DNA from: Candidatus Brocadiia bacterium
GTDB lineage: Bacteria > Planctomycetota > Brocadiia > SM23-32
Assembly: GCA_046538485.1 (NCBI GenBank)
Contig: JBKHIT010000010.1
Span: 1 to 64,000, forward strand
Direction: 5' to 3'
Length of the DNA: 64,000 nt
Below are positions 7,282 to 18,300 of this stretch, in pieces. The notes below the pieces were generated by a model, which was not told where the DNA came from, searched no databases, and was given only the letters and a program-made list of their open reading frames with translations. Positions within the stretch are counted from its first letter, which is position 1, and each line of letters opens with the position of its first letter. The position numbers were made by a program, and so were the translations under genes.

Positions 7282-10062
7282 TCATGCCGCCACCGCCTCG
7301 TTGAGTTCGTTCATGATGGTGTGGAGTTCGTCTCGGTCGAACAGCGTACGTGCGCGGTAGATGCCGCCTTTCTCCTCGAAAGGGATCTCCTCAAAATCCT
7401 CCTCCTCGATGGTCAGGTTGGCCGCCAGGTGCTCTTTGATCAGTTCCAGCCACTCCAGCTGTTCCTCGGTGAAACGTTCGCGGCCGTCGTGGCGGTCGAG
7501 CCATTCGCTGAAACGCTCCTCCACCTCCTCACGGAACGGCTCCAGCTCCTCGTCCTCGCCCATCGCATGGCGCACCAGAGATATGATGTCGGTGAGCAGG
7601 CGATCCTCGGCGACGCCTTTCACTCTGTCCTCCTCCAGCTGGGCGTAGGCCTGCCAGAGTTCCTCCGGCGTGGTTTCCAGCGGCGGCTGCTCGATCGCCC
7701 GCGCGAGTTCACGAATCTGGTCCAGCGTGAGATGACGCCTGCCGTGGGGCTGCTCGTAGAAAATCTGCAGCGCCGTGATCTCGTCCCTGTTCTGCTCGAT
7801 AAACTTCTCGAACGACTCCACCCGGTCGTGCGCCCACGATGCGCTGGCGGGCGTATGATGCTCCACCTCCAGAACCTCATCCTGGCTGACGTGGTCGATG
7901 GTGACGTAACTGCGCTCACGCACCCGTTTGATCGTCTCGCGGACGTCGGGATCCTCGATGGGGGCGCAGGCTTCGTCCGCCAGATCCCGTGCCGCTTCCT
8001 CGATCTGTTCCCCGGAGGGATCGGGGGTATCGAACGTCTCTCTGGCCCGCTGAAGCTGCACGTCGTAATCGGCGGCGTTGACGAAACCTTCGGTCAGGTC
8101 ATTGAGATCCGTGGCCCGGTGGCCCCGTTCCTCCGCGCTTTGTTCCAGCACCTCCTCGATCTCCTCCCGGTCCTCCGAGGACAGACTGCGATTGAACCGG
8201 GCAAAACGGTCGCCAAGCGTCGACATGCTGTCTTCATCGCGTGCGCTGCCCTGCACCGCCCCGCGCAGCAGTTGACCGAACGAGGCCGACGGATCGCGGT
8301 CCAGCGGTTTGGCGTCGGTCTTTTTGTTCTCGGTGACGCCCACGGCATCGACCAGGACAAAATGCGTTTTGGCGCGGGCCTCCTTCCCGGACAACGCCTG
8401 CAGGTCGGAAGGGTCGATGGTGCGGGTGCCGCGGCCGAGCATCTGTTCGAAGTAGACGCTGGAGTTGACGTTGCGCATGAAGAGCAGGATCTCCAGCGGT
8501 TTCACATCCGTTCCGGTGGAAATCATGTCGACCGATACCACAATACGGGGATACACGGAGTTGCGGAACTGCTGGATGACGTCGCCGGGGTCGTCCACCG
8601 TGTAGGTGACTTTTTTGGCGAATCGGTTGCCCTTCTCGAACACTTCCCGCAGGATCCGCAGCACATCGTCCGCGTGGCTGTCGTCTTTGGTGAACACAAG
8701 CGTCTTGGGGAACATGGATCGGTCCGGGAACAGCCGGTTGCGTGTTTCATCGCGGAAGGTGGACAGGACGGTGCGGATCTGGCTGGGGGCGACGACGTCC
8801 CGGTCCAGGTCGTTGCTTTCGTATTCAAGCTCCTCGTCCAGCTCCAGCATACGCGTGCGGCGGGTCTTCTTCTCGCGCTGCTGCAGGTAGTAGCCGGCCT
8901 CGACGCTGCTGCCGGATTCACCAATCTCCGTGCGGATTTTAAACACCTCGTAGGGGACGTTCACATCATGCGCGACGGAGCGTTCGTAGGGATACTCGCT
9001 GACCAGTTGCTGACGGAAAAACCCGAGGGTCTGTTTCGACGGCGTGGCGGTGAGGCCTATCAGAAACGCATCGAAATACTCCAGAACCTGCCGCCAGACG
9101 TTGTAGATGGAGCGGTGGCACTCATCCACGATGATGAAATCGAAGGTCTCCGGCGGGACGTCCGCGTTATACATGACGTCGCGGATCTCCCCGCTGGGCG
9201 TGGTCTCGAAGGCCGACGTTTCCTCGTCGACATCCTCCACGTCGCCGCCGCGCAGGATGGAGTAGATGCGCTGGATCGTGCTGATGCAGACGTCCGAGAC
9301 GTCGTCGATGACGTTGGATCGCAGGTGCTGGACGTTGTATTCCTCTGTAAACTGCCGCCGGGTATCGGGCACGGTATACTGCTGAAACTCTTTTTCGGTC
9401 TGCGTGCCGAGGTTTGTGCGATCGACCAGGAAGAGGATCCGGTGCGCGCTGGCGTGTTTCAGCAATCGGTAGCATTCGGTCACGGCCATGAACGTCTTCC
9501 CGCTGCCGGTGGCCATCTGGATGAGGGAGCGGGGGTGGTTCCCCGCGAACGATTTCTCCAGTTCCGCTATCGCCTCATGCTGACAGTTCCGCAGCGTCCC
9601 GTGGTTGATGGGTGGCATGAGCAGAAGTCGACCGCGAAGGCTGTTCGCCTGGTCGATCCACGTTGCCAGGGTCTGCGGCTGATGGAAATGGAAGATCTCC
9701 CGTGCACGCGGTTCAGGATCCCGAAGGTCGCGGAACTGCGTCTCGACGCCGGTTGACTCATAGGCAAAAGGGAGCGGACGGTTCACGAACGGGATCTGTT
9801 TCGGTTCGCTGGTGGCATACCGCTCCGATTGTTCCGCGACTCCGGTGAGCGTTGTGCCTTCGGATTTCGCCTCAATAATGCCCACCGCCTGGCGGTCAAC
9901 CACCAGCAGATAATCGGCGAACCCATCTTCAAATGGAAATTCCCGCACGGCGATCCCCCGCTCGGGCACGCCGGGATCGTATCGTTCGTGATCCTGCACG
10001 GCCCAGCCCGCCTCCTTCAGCATGCGGTCGATGTGATCTCGTGCCTGATCTTCGGGTCCCAT
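7282..10062 (-). CDS. hsdR: Type I restriction enzyme subunit R
   Basis: ADYLL...IIEAK nuclease motif, MATGSGKT Walker A, DECH, LTATP, QMLGRGTR; EcoEI-like C-terminus. Confidence 0.97.
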   Translation of the reverse strand: MGPEDQARDHIDRMLKEAGWAVQDHERYDPGVPERGIAVREFPFEDGFADYLLVVDRQAVGIIEAKSEGTTLTGVAEQSERYATSEPKQIPFVNRPLPFAYESTGVETQFRDLRDPEPRAREIFHFHQPQTLATWIDQANSLRGRLLLMPPINHGTLRNCQHEAIAELEKSFAGNHPRSLIQMATGSGKTFMAVTECYRLLKHASAHRILFLVDRTNLGTQTEKEFQQYTVPDTRRQFTEEYNVQHLRSNVIDDVSDVCISTIQRIYSILRGGDVEDVDEETSAFETTPSGEIRDVMYNADVPPETFDFIIVDECHRSIYNVWRQVLEYFDAFLIGLTATPSKQTLGFFRQQLVSEYPYERSVAHDVNVPYEVFKIRTEIGESGSSVEAGYYLQQREKKTRRTRMLELDEELEYESNDLDRDVVAPSQIRTVLSTFRDETRNRLFPDRSMFPKTLVFTKDDSHADDVLRILREVFEKGNRFAKKVTYTVDDPGDVIQQFRNSVYPRIVVSVDMISTGTDVKPLEILLFMRNVNSSVYFEQMLGRGTRTIDPSDLQALSGKEARAKTHFVLVDAVGVTENKKTDAKPLDRDPSASFGQLLRGAVQGSARDEDSMSTLGDRFARFNRSLSSEDREEIEEVLEQSAEERGHRATDLNDLTEGFVNAADYDVQLQRARETFDTPDPSGEQIEEAARDLADEACAPIEDPDVRETIKRVRERSYVTIDHVSQDEVLEVEHHTPASASWAHDRVESFEKFIEQNRDEITALQIFYEQPHGRRHLTLDQIRELARAIEQPPLETTPEELWQAYAQLEEDRVKGVAEDRLLTDIISLVRHAMGEDEELEPFREEVEERFSEWLDRHDGRERFTEEQLEWLELIKEHLAANLTIEEEDFEEIPFEEKGGIYRARTLFDRDELHTIMNELNEAVAA

Positions 10063-10213
10063 TTAAGATTTCCCTCTTCCCTAAAACACTCACGGGTATA
10101 TTATGTGGTCACATTCTGACCCCAATTATAATCGTCGGGTGTGTTGATTCCAATCTGGCGGTGTGGATTGCGTCCACGGCAACGGCTGGTTGCTGGACGA
10201 AGACGGCGGGAAC

Positions 10214-10433
10214 GGACAGAGGACAGAAGTCAGAGGTCAGAGGTCAGTTACGGCAACGGAAAACGGCAAAGCGGTGGCGAGCCACCGCACTCCAGAGCCG
10301 GCTGCGCCGGCGGGGTTCATGCATGAAACGGTGCTGTTACGATTGGCCGGCGCGGAGCATATTCCGTTTCGCAGCGAACGACAACGACTCCGGGTCTGAC
10401 GACCCGGTCCACAGGCTGGAGAGCCTGTGCCAC
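10214..10433. repeat. Cluster of short REP-like repeats and palindromes
   Basis: GACAGAG/GTCAGAG heptamer run 10214-10247; GCGGTGGC-GA-GCCACCGC 10271-10288; CACAGGCT-GGAG-AGCCTGTG 10410-10429. Confidence 0.7.
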
Positions 10434-10465
10434 ATGACGGCGACGAATACGAACTATTTGCCTCC

Positions 10466-13153
10466 TCAATCCGGCTGTTCCAGCCCGGTTTGAAGCTCCA
10501 GGTGGCTGAAATTAATCCGGGTCTTGTAACCACCGATGCCGATCCTGTCGGTCCGCACAGGATCGCGATCTTCGTATTTGAGCACGGTTTTTCCGTTGAT
10601 CCGGACCGAAATCTCGCCCGAAACGTTCCGCACTGAAATCCGGTTTCGGCGCGGGGAATACGGTGAATGACCGCCCCGGTATCGCATCGGGAAATCACCG
10701 TCCTGTTTCACCCTCAGCACTTCCTCCCCGTTGCGGTAGAGAATCGTGTGAGAGCGGTCGTCCGCATTCAACTCCACCCGGTAACCTTCCTCACTCCCGA
10801 TCTCCGGCGTGAACTCCACGAAGATGTTATCGAACGGATGGTGCACGTGGCTTGGTTTCTCGTTCCATCCAAACCATTCGGTATTTTCCTCGACGTTGAA
10901 CGCCACCACCGCCCCGCCCTCAAACTTGTCTTTATTCCATAACCTCCCGCTGTCTTCGGGGGCGATCAGCGAGATCCAGTTCGAGGCCAGCACGCAGGCG
11001 ATGCCGCCGTGGTCGATCCATTTTCCGCCTTCCCGCCACCAGTCCGTCTCGCGGCGGTCGAATCCGTAGAACCGGCCATGTCTCTGCCGCCGGGGGATCG
11101 CAATGTTCAGATCGTCGAACGCCACGCTCCCATTTCGTGCCAGCAACCGGAGAGTTCCGCCCCCGCCGCGTTTCAACGGCCCCTCCCGAACAAGCTTCTC
11201 CCCCACGAGGAGCTTCAGCCGGTTTCCCCGGGTATCGATCGTGACATCGTGCCATTTTCCCGGCACGACGCCGTTGAAATGCAGCGCCGGGTCTTCCTTC
11301 TCGCCCCCGTCTTCAGCTGCAAACAGAACTGTGCTCCCTTCCGAATCGCCCCGGTAGAGTTCCACTCCCCCGGCGGATTTCTGACCGCCGAGGCGGATCC
11401 GGAAGCAAAGTTCGAACCCGGAAATCACTTCCTGCCAGTGGCGAAGCGAACCGGGAGCAGCGGCTGATAAAACGCCGTCGGCCACGGCCCAGGTGCCCTT
11501 TTCTGTTGTCCAGACGCTCTTCTGCCCTCCCTTTCCCACCACCGGACGCATCTTTTTGCGGCGTCGGAGTTTATCGACGTCCTCTGAGTTGCGTATCTCC
11601 TTATATTCTTCCTCCGTAAAATCAAGATAATCGGAGGGATCCTCCACTTTTTCCCGGCTGAAGGCATACGGGCCGATTTCAAAGACACCGTCCCGCCCGG
11701 CAGGGGTTCGGAAAGCCAGGCGGTTGATCTCCACTCTTCCACCGGGGCAGACAAGCTTCACCGGCTCGGGATCCTTCGCTGCGCGCAGAAACTGCACGCC
11801 CTCGTCGTCATCCACTTCACGGAAATCCGGGACCGAAACGGATGGGGGTCCGGTTTCCTCCAGAATTATCTCACTGGCCGGCGGAGAGGCAGCCTCAATT
11901 TTTCCTTTTTTGCCCACCAGAGAAGGCCCATTGGTCTTCTCGTTTCTGAACCAGGCCGAGCCAGGAGCGGGGTACCAGGCAGCGCGGGTGCGCCGCCCAT
12001 CTTCCGCCCACCAATGAATCTCCGCGGCATAGACATCGTCAAAAACGGCTTCTCCACTCGAGACAAAAAACCCCATTGCCCCTCCGCTCACCCGGAGGTC
12101 GTTCCGGGCAAAGATCAACTGGCCATCAACTTTCACAGCAACCCTCCAGGCCCAGCGTTCGATTGTGACCCTGTGCCACTGATCGATCCGCACGATATCG
12201 CTCACATCAGAGGTATCTGACAACTGTTCGGTTTTCACCTGAAGCGACGGCTCAGGCCCGGCGCAGTCGAACGCGATCCGGGTGGCAGGCTTTTCCCCAT
12301 TGGAATCGAGGATTGCGCCGAAACGCGAGGCGGCATTGGGGAACATACTGAAGCTGAACCTGGTCCCCTCCCACGAGCCGCCATCAATGAGCGCAACCGC
12401 TTCACCGTCCCCGGCTTTACCGGTGAGAGAATACTGTCGCGCAATGCGGTTAGGATCGTAACTGAACGCAATGTTCCACTCCCCCGATCGCAGGAACCAA
12501 CCGTCCATGCCATGTCCCGGGGAACGCGAGAAATCGTCCTCGAAACGGCGGGCGGAGCGACGACCTTTTCCGTTCACAACAGGACCTTCCGGTTGAAAAT
12601 CCGGATCGCTTGTCACAAGCAACTGATCGAGCGCGATGCCGTCCTGGCGACATTCGATGCGGACCGGTATTGTTCCGGCCGTCAGGCGGAAGCCCCCGAC
12701 CGGGACCCAGTGCCATCGGCCAAAGGTTTGATCTTCCCCCACCGTCACAGGATCTCTTTTTCCGATGCGCGCCGAAAACGAATTGCCATCGGGAGGATTC
12801 CATTTCGTCCGGGCCCAGATCCGGTATAGTCCGTCGGCGGGGATTGTCAGCGGGACAGAAGCCTTCGCTGGGGGGAGAGTATCATTCCCTTCTGGAACCG
12901 CAAGCACTTTCCAGCTGGTACTCGAGCGGTCCTTCCTGATTTCAAAAGGTGCCCTGAAATCCGCCCCATGAAGGGGGTAGATCCACGTGCGTTCGGGCAG
13001 TGGCCGGGCGTGGTTATTGCGACCATGTGCGCTTTCGAGAGGGGTCAGATGATCGGCGTTTCGAAGAAAAAAGGTCGCCACACCCACTGCGACGAGAATT
13101 ATGCCGAACTCAATCAGAACCGTTTTGCGAATGTTCGTCTCTGTATTTTTCAT
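10466..13153 (-). CDS. Membrane-anchored protein with carbohydrate-binding-like and several LamG/DUF1080-like beta-sandwich domains
   Basis: N-terminal TM helix; YRIWAR...WHWV...RQDGIALDQ pattern; repeated WHxVxI...GxxG...FDDV patterns; start uncertain (13153 or 13192). Confidence 0.7.
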   Translation of the reverse strand: MKNTETNIRKTVLIEFGIILVAVGVATFFLRNADHLTPLESAHGRNNHARPLPERTWIYPLHGADFRAPFEIRKDRSSTSWKVLAVPEGNDTLPPAKASVPLTIPADGLYRIWARTKWNPPDGNSFSARIGKRDPVTVGEDQTFGRWHWVPVGGFRLTAGTIPVRIECRQDGIALDQLLVTSDPDFQPEGPVVNGKGRRSARRFEDDFSRSPGHGMDGWFLRSGEWNIAFSYDPNRIARQYSLTGKAGDGEAVALIDGGSWEGTRFSFSMFPNAASRFGAILDSNGEKPATRIAFDCAGPEPSLQVKTEQLSDTSDVSDIVRIDQWHRVTIERWAWRVAVKVDGQLIFARNDLRVSGGAMGFFVSSGEAVFDDVYAAEIHWWAEDGRRTRAAWYPAPGSAWFRNEKTNGPSLVGKKGKIEAASPPASEIILEETGPPSVSVPDFREVDDDEGVQFLRAAKDPEPVKLVCPGGRVEINRLAFRTPAGRDGVFEIGPYAFSREKVEDPSDYLDFTEEEYKEIRNSEDVDKLRRRKKMRPVVGKGGQKSVWTTEKGTWAVADGVLSAAAPGSLRHWQEVISGFELCFRIRLGGQKSAGGVELYRGDSEGSTVLFAAEDGGEKEDPALHFNGVVPGKWHDVTIDTRGNRLKLLVGEKLVREGPLKRGGGGTLRLLARNGSVAFDDLNIAIPRRQRHGRFYGFDRRETDWWREGGKWIDHGGIACVLASNWISLIAPEDSGRLWNKDKFEGGAVVAFNVEENTEWFGWNEKPSHVHHPFDNIFVEFTPEIGSEEGYRVELNADDRSHTILYRNGEEVLRVKQDGDFPMRYRGGHSPYSPRRNRISVRNVSGEISVRINGKTVLKYEDRDPVRTDRIGIGGYKTRINFSHLELQTGLEQPD

Positions 13154-13260
13154 GCGTCTCAGATCCTTCGTTGACTGACACCTGTCTTTCAATCCAGTCT
13201 AAGTGCTGGAGGAAAACCTGTCATCTGAAGATTCCGGGGCCCCGGCCGGTTCTCAAAATC

Positions 13261-13289
13261 TTGACAGCAATGCGAAGGGGGTTTAGTAT
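13261..13289 (+). promoter_or_regulatory. Sigma70-like promoter
   Basis: TTGACA-17 nt-TAGTAT upstream of 13340. Confidence 0.6.
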
Positions 13290-13339
13290 GGAAGATGTAC
13301 GTTCAATTGACAGCCAGTGTTTTACTCCAGGGAGGAAAC

Positions 13340-13774
13340 ATGAACAACAAACCTCTTGTCGGTGTTTGGGTCGATCATCGAAGGGCGCTCCTTTTCTGGT
13401 CTGACGAGCAGGCAGACATGGACGTCCAGGAGATCGGATCCAACTATCAGGAGGAAGGCGAACCGACGGACCAGGTCAAAATCGCCGGCAATAACGTGCA
13501 TGGTGGCGGGGTTGCCCACGCTCACCTCGAAGACCGCCGGCGTGAACAGCTCAAACACTTCTACAAAGAACTCGACAAAAATTTGCGGCCAGCTGAGGAG
13601 ATATATATTTTCGGGCCGGGACAGGCCAAAAAAGAACTGGCCAATTATCTTAAAGGAGACAAAAGCCTGAAAGCCGCATTGAAAGGTATAGAAGGGGCCG
13701 ATAAGAAACTAACCAGAGCGCAGAAAGCCGAACAGGTCCGGGAATTTTTTGCTCTTCCCCGCCAGCCAATTTGA
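13340..13774 (+). CDS. eRF1 domain 2-like / host-attachment (baeRF-like) protein
   Basis: VGVWVDHRRA N-terminus and EEIYIFGPGQAKKEL motif; GGAGG RBS. Confidence 0.75.
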   Translation: MNNKPLVGVWVDHRRALLFWSDEQADMDVQEIGSNYQEEGEPTDQVKIAGNNVHGGGVAHAHLEDRRREQLKHFYKELDKNLRPAEEIYIFGPGQAKKELANYLKGDKSLKAALKGIEGADKKLTRAQKAEQVREFFALPRQPI

Positions 13775-13790
13775 ATAAATCAATGGGAGC

Positions 13791-15375
13791 CTATTCGGCC
13801 TCAACTCCCAGCAGACGGAAATCGTGATCCTGTATTAGCAACGGATCTTTGATCACATATTGACCGTCCTCAAAAATCGTCGCCACGGTCTCTCCGCTCT
13901 CAATATCAAAGATTCGTTCGGCCGTTAGTGTCTCGCCTTTCACCGGGATTAAAGCATTGATGTCCAGCGTCGTGCCGGCAAGATACTGGTCCTGTTTCTC
14001 GCCATTGAAGAAAAGAACGGCAGCCGTCCTCAGGTTGGAATTCGTGTAAACGCTCGCATACACGCCCTCGCCGTGCGGCTGTGCCATCTTGTCGGTCAAC
14101 CAGTAACCCGCGAACAGACAGCGCCCTGTATCGGAAAGATTGACAAGCCCGCGAATATCAGTCATCGTGCGACGGATATCAAGATATTTTTTCCCTTGTA
14201 ACTTGTAATGCGTCAGGACGTTGGGGTGGATATCGTGGCTCATCATCATCGCCCAAACACTGCGCTGGATCTTTCGGGCCATTTCCGGAGTGGTACCGCG
14301 AAAACCGCTGAGCCACGGCCGCGCCACCTGCATCGTGCTCTTCGTGCGCGCCATGGCACGGAATTGACCGATGGGCCATTGATCGAGACTCGTCATATCC
14401 GCCCCGTCGGCATACCAGTCATTCTCCACCATCCAGAAAACTTCCGCAAAACCCAGATCAACGTGCATATTGGAAGCCCAGAGCGGAGGACGCATCACTT
14501 TCCAGCCCAGCACGTGCAGGCGTTTGATCAGCTGGCGACGGGCACGCAGCAACCACACTTCCTCCATCCGACCCAGCTCCTGATTATATTTTCGCACCAG
14601 ACCGATGGACGAATTATCCCACCACGTGCCGTTGAAACCGGCTTTGTCCAGCAGCGGTTTGTGATACCACACAAAGAAATCAATTGCGCTCTGAGTCCAG
14701 TTCATTCCCGTAACACTCAGCTCTTCATCGGTATCCCACTGTTCGGTCCCCTGGTAGTTCCAGCGACCTGCACTGCTGGCGGCGCTACGGTTGGGTCGCC
14801 AGTTGCTTTTGCCCAGCCATTCGCCGCCGAAAGTTCGGAATTCCTCAGCCCCCATTCCGGTTAGCTGACCGCTCCCGTACATAATCAGTTTCGCACCCTT
14901 CGGCATTCTCAACGACGATATCAACCGTGACATCGGCCGGTTGATTGCCGCCCACCAGTTCAACGACAGCATCCAGCTCACCGGCTCCGATCTGTCCCAT
15001 TTTGAGGAAACGAAAGGCCGGCGCGCCGGGGGCAAAATTGACCTCCGCAAAACGGTCCCACGCCAGCCACGGCGCTCCGACCCAGCCGGCAAAATACATT
15101 CCCGTGCAGGAGTCGGTGCGCACGAGCTGGATCACCAGAGAACGCCCATCCAGGCTCTCGATCCCCATCCGTTTCAGCTCCACCGCCATCTCCAGCTCCC
15201 ACGCATCGCGAGTGACAGTGCATTTCAGGGGTCCTCCCATCGACCACAGTTCCTCGGTACCTATAGTGCCGTTGAACAGATACTGGTCGACCTTGGCCCC
15301 CTTGGCATTGGCCATGATCTTGTAGAAGCCCTTTCCCTGAGTGGACGCCTGATATGCCTTCCCAAAACGGCTTCT
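13791..15375 (-). pseudogene. Broken large glycoside-hydrolase-like (DUF6067-like) gene: N-terminal fragment plus C-terminal fragment in another frame
   Basis: The frame of ORF 14845-15594 looks protein-like to about 14897 (WELEMAVEL...QLVRT). The frame of ORF 13791-15092 then carries GTWWDN...HDFRL, similar to the GVYMDD...HDFRL region of 15380-19540. No clear start codon. Confidence 0.6.
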
Positions 15376-15379
15376 CAAG

Positions 15380-18300
15380 CTACTCCATTCTATCCGGGTC
15401 AGGTTTCGGCTGCAGTTCGAACAACCGGAAATCATGCCGCCGCACGGGGCACCGCAACTTGCCTTCTTCCCAGGCATATTTGCCATCGGGATCCTGCGCA
15501 CGACGCTGTTCGAGAGGCAAGTCCTCGGGACGCTCTTCAAGCGTGAATTCGCCCGGTTCCGCGAGTAAATCGTCGTCCTCCTGGAGAACTTCATCGGCTT
15601 TTGGTTTTTTAACCGTCGTCACATCATCATCAAAATACGTCAGCAATCCGGGATCAACATCACGCACCTTAATCGCACTCGACTTCGCCAAACCAAGTGC
15701 CTTGAGACTCGGTTGAACGGTCGCTTCAAGCCGCTCCTCACCGATATTCACCAGCAGCAAGAGAGCCTTCCCTTTGCGTTTCCAACCGGCGCACAGCAGT
15801 TTCGCATGTTCACTGGAGGCCGGAGGCTGATCGTCCCAGTATGCTACGAATTCGGTATCCGGCTGGCGCAAACCAAAATCGCGTATCGTGCGTTCGCTGA
15901 AATTCCACTCGATGTCGTGCAAAGCCAGGCCCGCCGTGTAAGCGCGTTGCTGGCGGTACGTCCAGGCCGGCCATTTATCTGTATCCAGAGAATTGCCGTG
16001 CCATCCAAGCCATGTCGTTGTGATGCCCCACTTACGATTGTTCATAAATCGCAGACGGGCCAGCGACCAGTGGTCGATAAAATCTTTCTGAGACGGTGGT
16101 TTGGAGTAATGATCTTCCCCGTCGAGAATCACATCGAAAAAAGCGTGATACGGAATGAAAAAGGTATGAGTCGTGTGAGCACACATGTGCGGAACGATCT
16201 CGTGATCGTGACAGATCTGTCGCATACGCTCGAGCCGTTCCCTGTAACCACGGAACTGGTATCCGGGCTGGACGTGGCCGTCGGGCAGAGCATAAGCCAC
16301 CGGACCGCTTTCCCAGCTCTGCGGGGCCGGCCAGCAATCGTCCATGTAGACGCCCCGGATGAATTTATCCGTTTCCGTAATCCATTCATCCCAACACCAT
16401 GAAGCGAAATCAATGAACGCATCATCGTAGTGCTGAAAATCACCGCGCCCGAGCCCCCAGGTCTCGGCCCATTCCCGGGTATGGGCAGGTTTGTTGCCCG
16501 TCCACTGCATATCCCAGTAGAGCGCAGGAACGCGGATCTCCCGGGGATGCGGTTCGCGGTCGTAGCGGCGACGAAAACCCGCTATCCCACCCCGGTAACG
16601 CCCGCGAAGCCCGGCCGCCCCTTTCGTCAAACCTTCTCCCTCAATGCGACGCTGCACGGCTTCCCAGCTATCCTCAGGATACATGTCAAACGCGGTGGGT
16701 CCTTTGCGCCCTTTCAAATTGTTGCCGCTGAAAGTATCCGGTATTACACCCCAGCCGGGAACCATTCGCCAGCGTTCATCCAGCGGTCGCACCGGGATCG
16801 GGTGCAGCCCGAAAGCAAATGTGCGCGGTTTTTCCAGAGCCGTCCGTTCACTAATCATGTTCAGACGCAGTATCACACGCTCTCCTTCACGGGAGATCGT
16901 GACGGCAGGTTCCTCTCGAGTTTTCGTCCACCCGCGGTCATTTTCAGCAAACCACGCCATGCCCCGTTCATCTCCGGTCAACATCACGTAGGGGATGAAA
17001 CTCCCGCGCAGACCATCTGGAAGCGCGACGTTCTCAGAATCGTTGCTGCGGAACACCACTCCTTCACCCTCGGGCAACGCGCCTATGTGAGTAATTCTCG
17101 GGTTTCGGAAATTACGCAACCCGCTCCACCAATGCACAAGTTCCGCGTCCGTTCCGCGATAAGGAACGCATAATTGCAGTGAATCCACCTGGGGAACGGC
17201 CCCGTCATCCGGCACGAGACGCAATTTGAACCACATCATTCCGTCGAATTCCAGGTAACCGCCCGTTTTTACCGAAAAACCTTCGCCTCTCAGCCCCCCG
17301 CTGAAATGGACGCGTTTCTCACTTTCCGCCCGCACATCAAGAGCATCACCTTCAGGGGTTAAAGACAGCTTTTCACCATCCCGGGAAGCTTTAAGAACGA
17401 TCGGGCCGGCGAGGAGATTTTCCCCGGCCGAGACCACGCGCTCAGGCAGACCTGACGGGCCCAGAGATACGCGACGCCCCCACGGTCTCATGACATTTCC
17501 CTCAACCCGCACCTGTTCCCACTCGGGCATCACTTTCTCAGAAAGACCCGCCCGGCACTGCCACCAGGGCGGCTCAGTGCGGGTAAAAGGTTCTACTTTT
17601 TCTGCCATAAACCCGTCGTCAGGCCCCATGAGCCTCACACGAAGATTGTATTTTCCAAAATCCAACGGAGGCGTTTCCACCGCAGAGCGGCAAAGACCAA
17701 ATTCATCCGGTTCGACACGCTTTGACCCGAGCGCCGCTTCCCGGCCCTCCTTCAATACGCTCAGATGCGCCGCAGCAAGTTTTTCATAGTCCGCGAGTAA
17801 AGGAATGACCTTCGCATCCACCCGGCCAACCACGCCGTTGTAATCGAATTCAATGTCCGCCGAAGGCAGCTCGGTTATTTTCTCCCGAGGATCATACAGC
17901 CGGGCCAGATTCGAAATCTCGCTCGGGGCCAGAGGTCTGCGGTAAATGCGAAAATCGTCGATCAAAGTGTGAACCGGTGCCCTTCCCTGATAGATCGTCC
18001 AATCAAAACGCAATGACTCTGGTTTGGCCCGAATCCACCACTTCGGATCCGTTTTCATTTTGTCCTCGGCCGTGCGCATTTCAAGATGGACGGCGAACGC
18101 CCCGTCGGGCGACCGTCGGCGGCCGTTCACATAATACTGAAGCTGCGCGCCTTCCCAGGTGCAGGCAACATGCACCCATCGGCCCGGATGCAGATCCACG
18201 GGATCGACCACCCTCTCGCTCATATTCATCACAACACGGAAACTCATTATCGGCCCGGATTTTTTGAACTTCCGTTCCCAGGATCCTTTCGCATATTCTC

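Noticed and set aside
6098..7304. Short ORFs such as MVFFVFVSFVFFVV and TTKGTKSTK
   Set aside because: They are translations of the repeat arms in several frames and lack RBS or coding features
7321..9756. 811-aa plus-strand ORF, and the similar 452-aa ORF at 2652-4010
   Set aside because: Antisense shadows of the GC-rich hsdR and hsdM genes with no recognisable motifs
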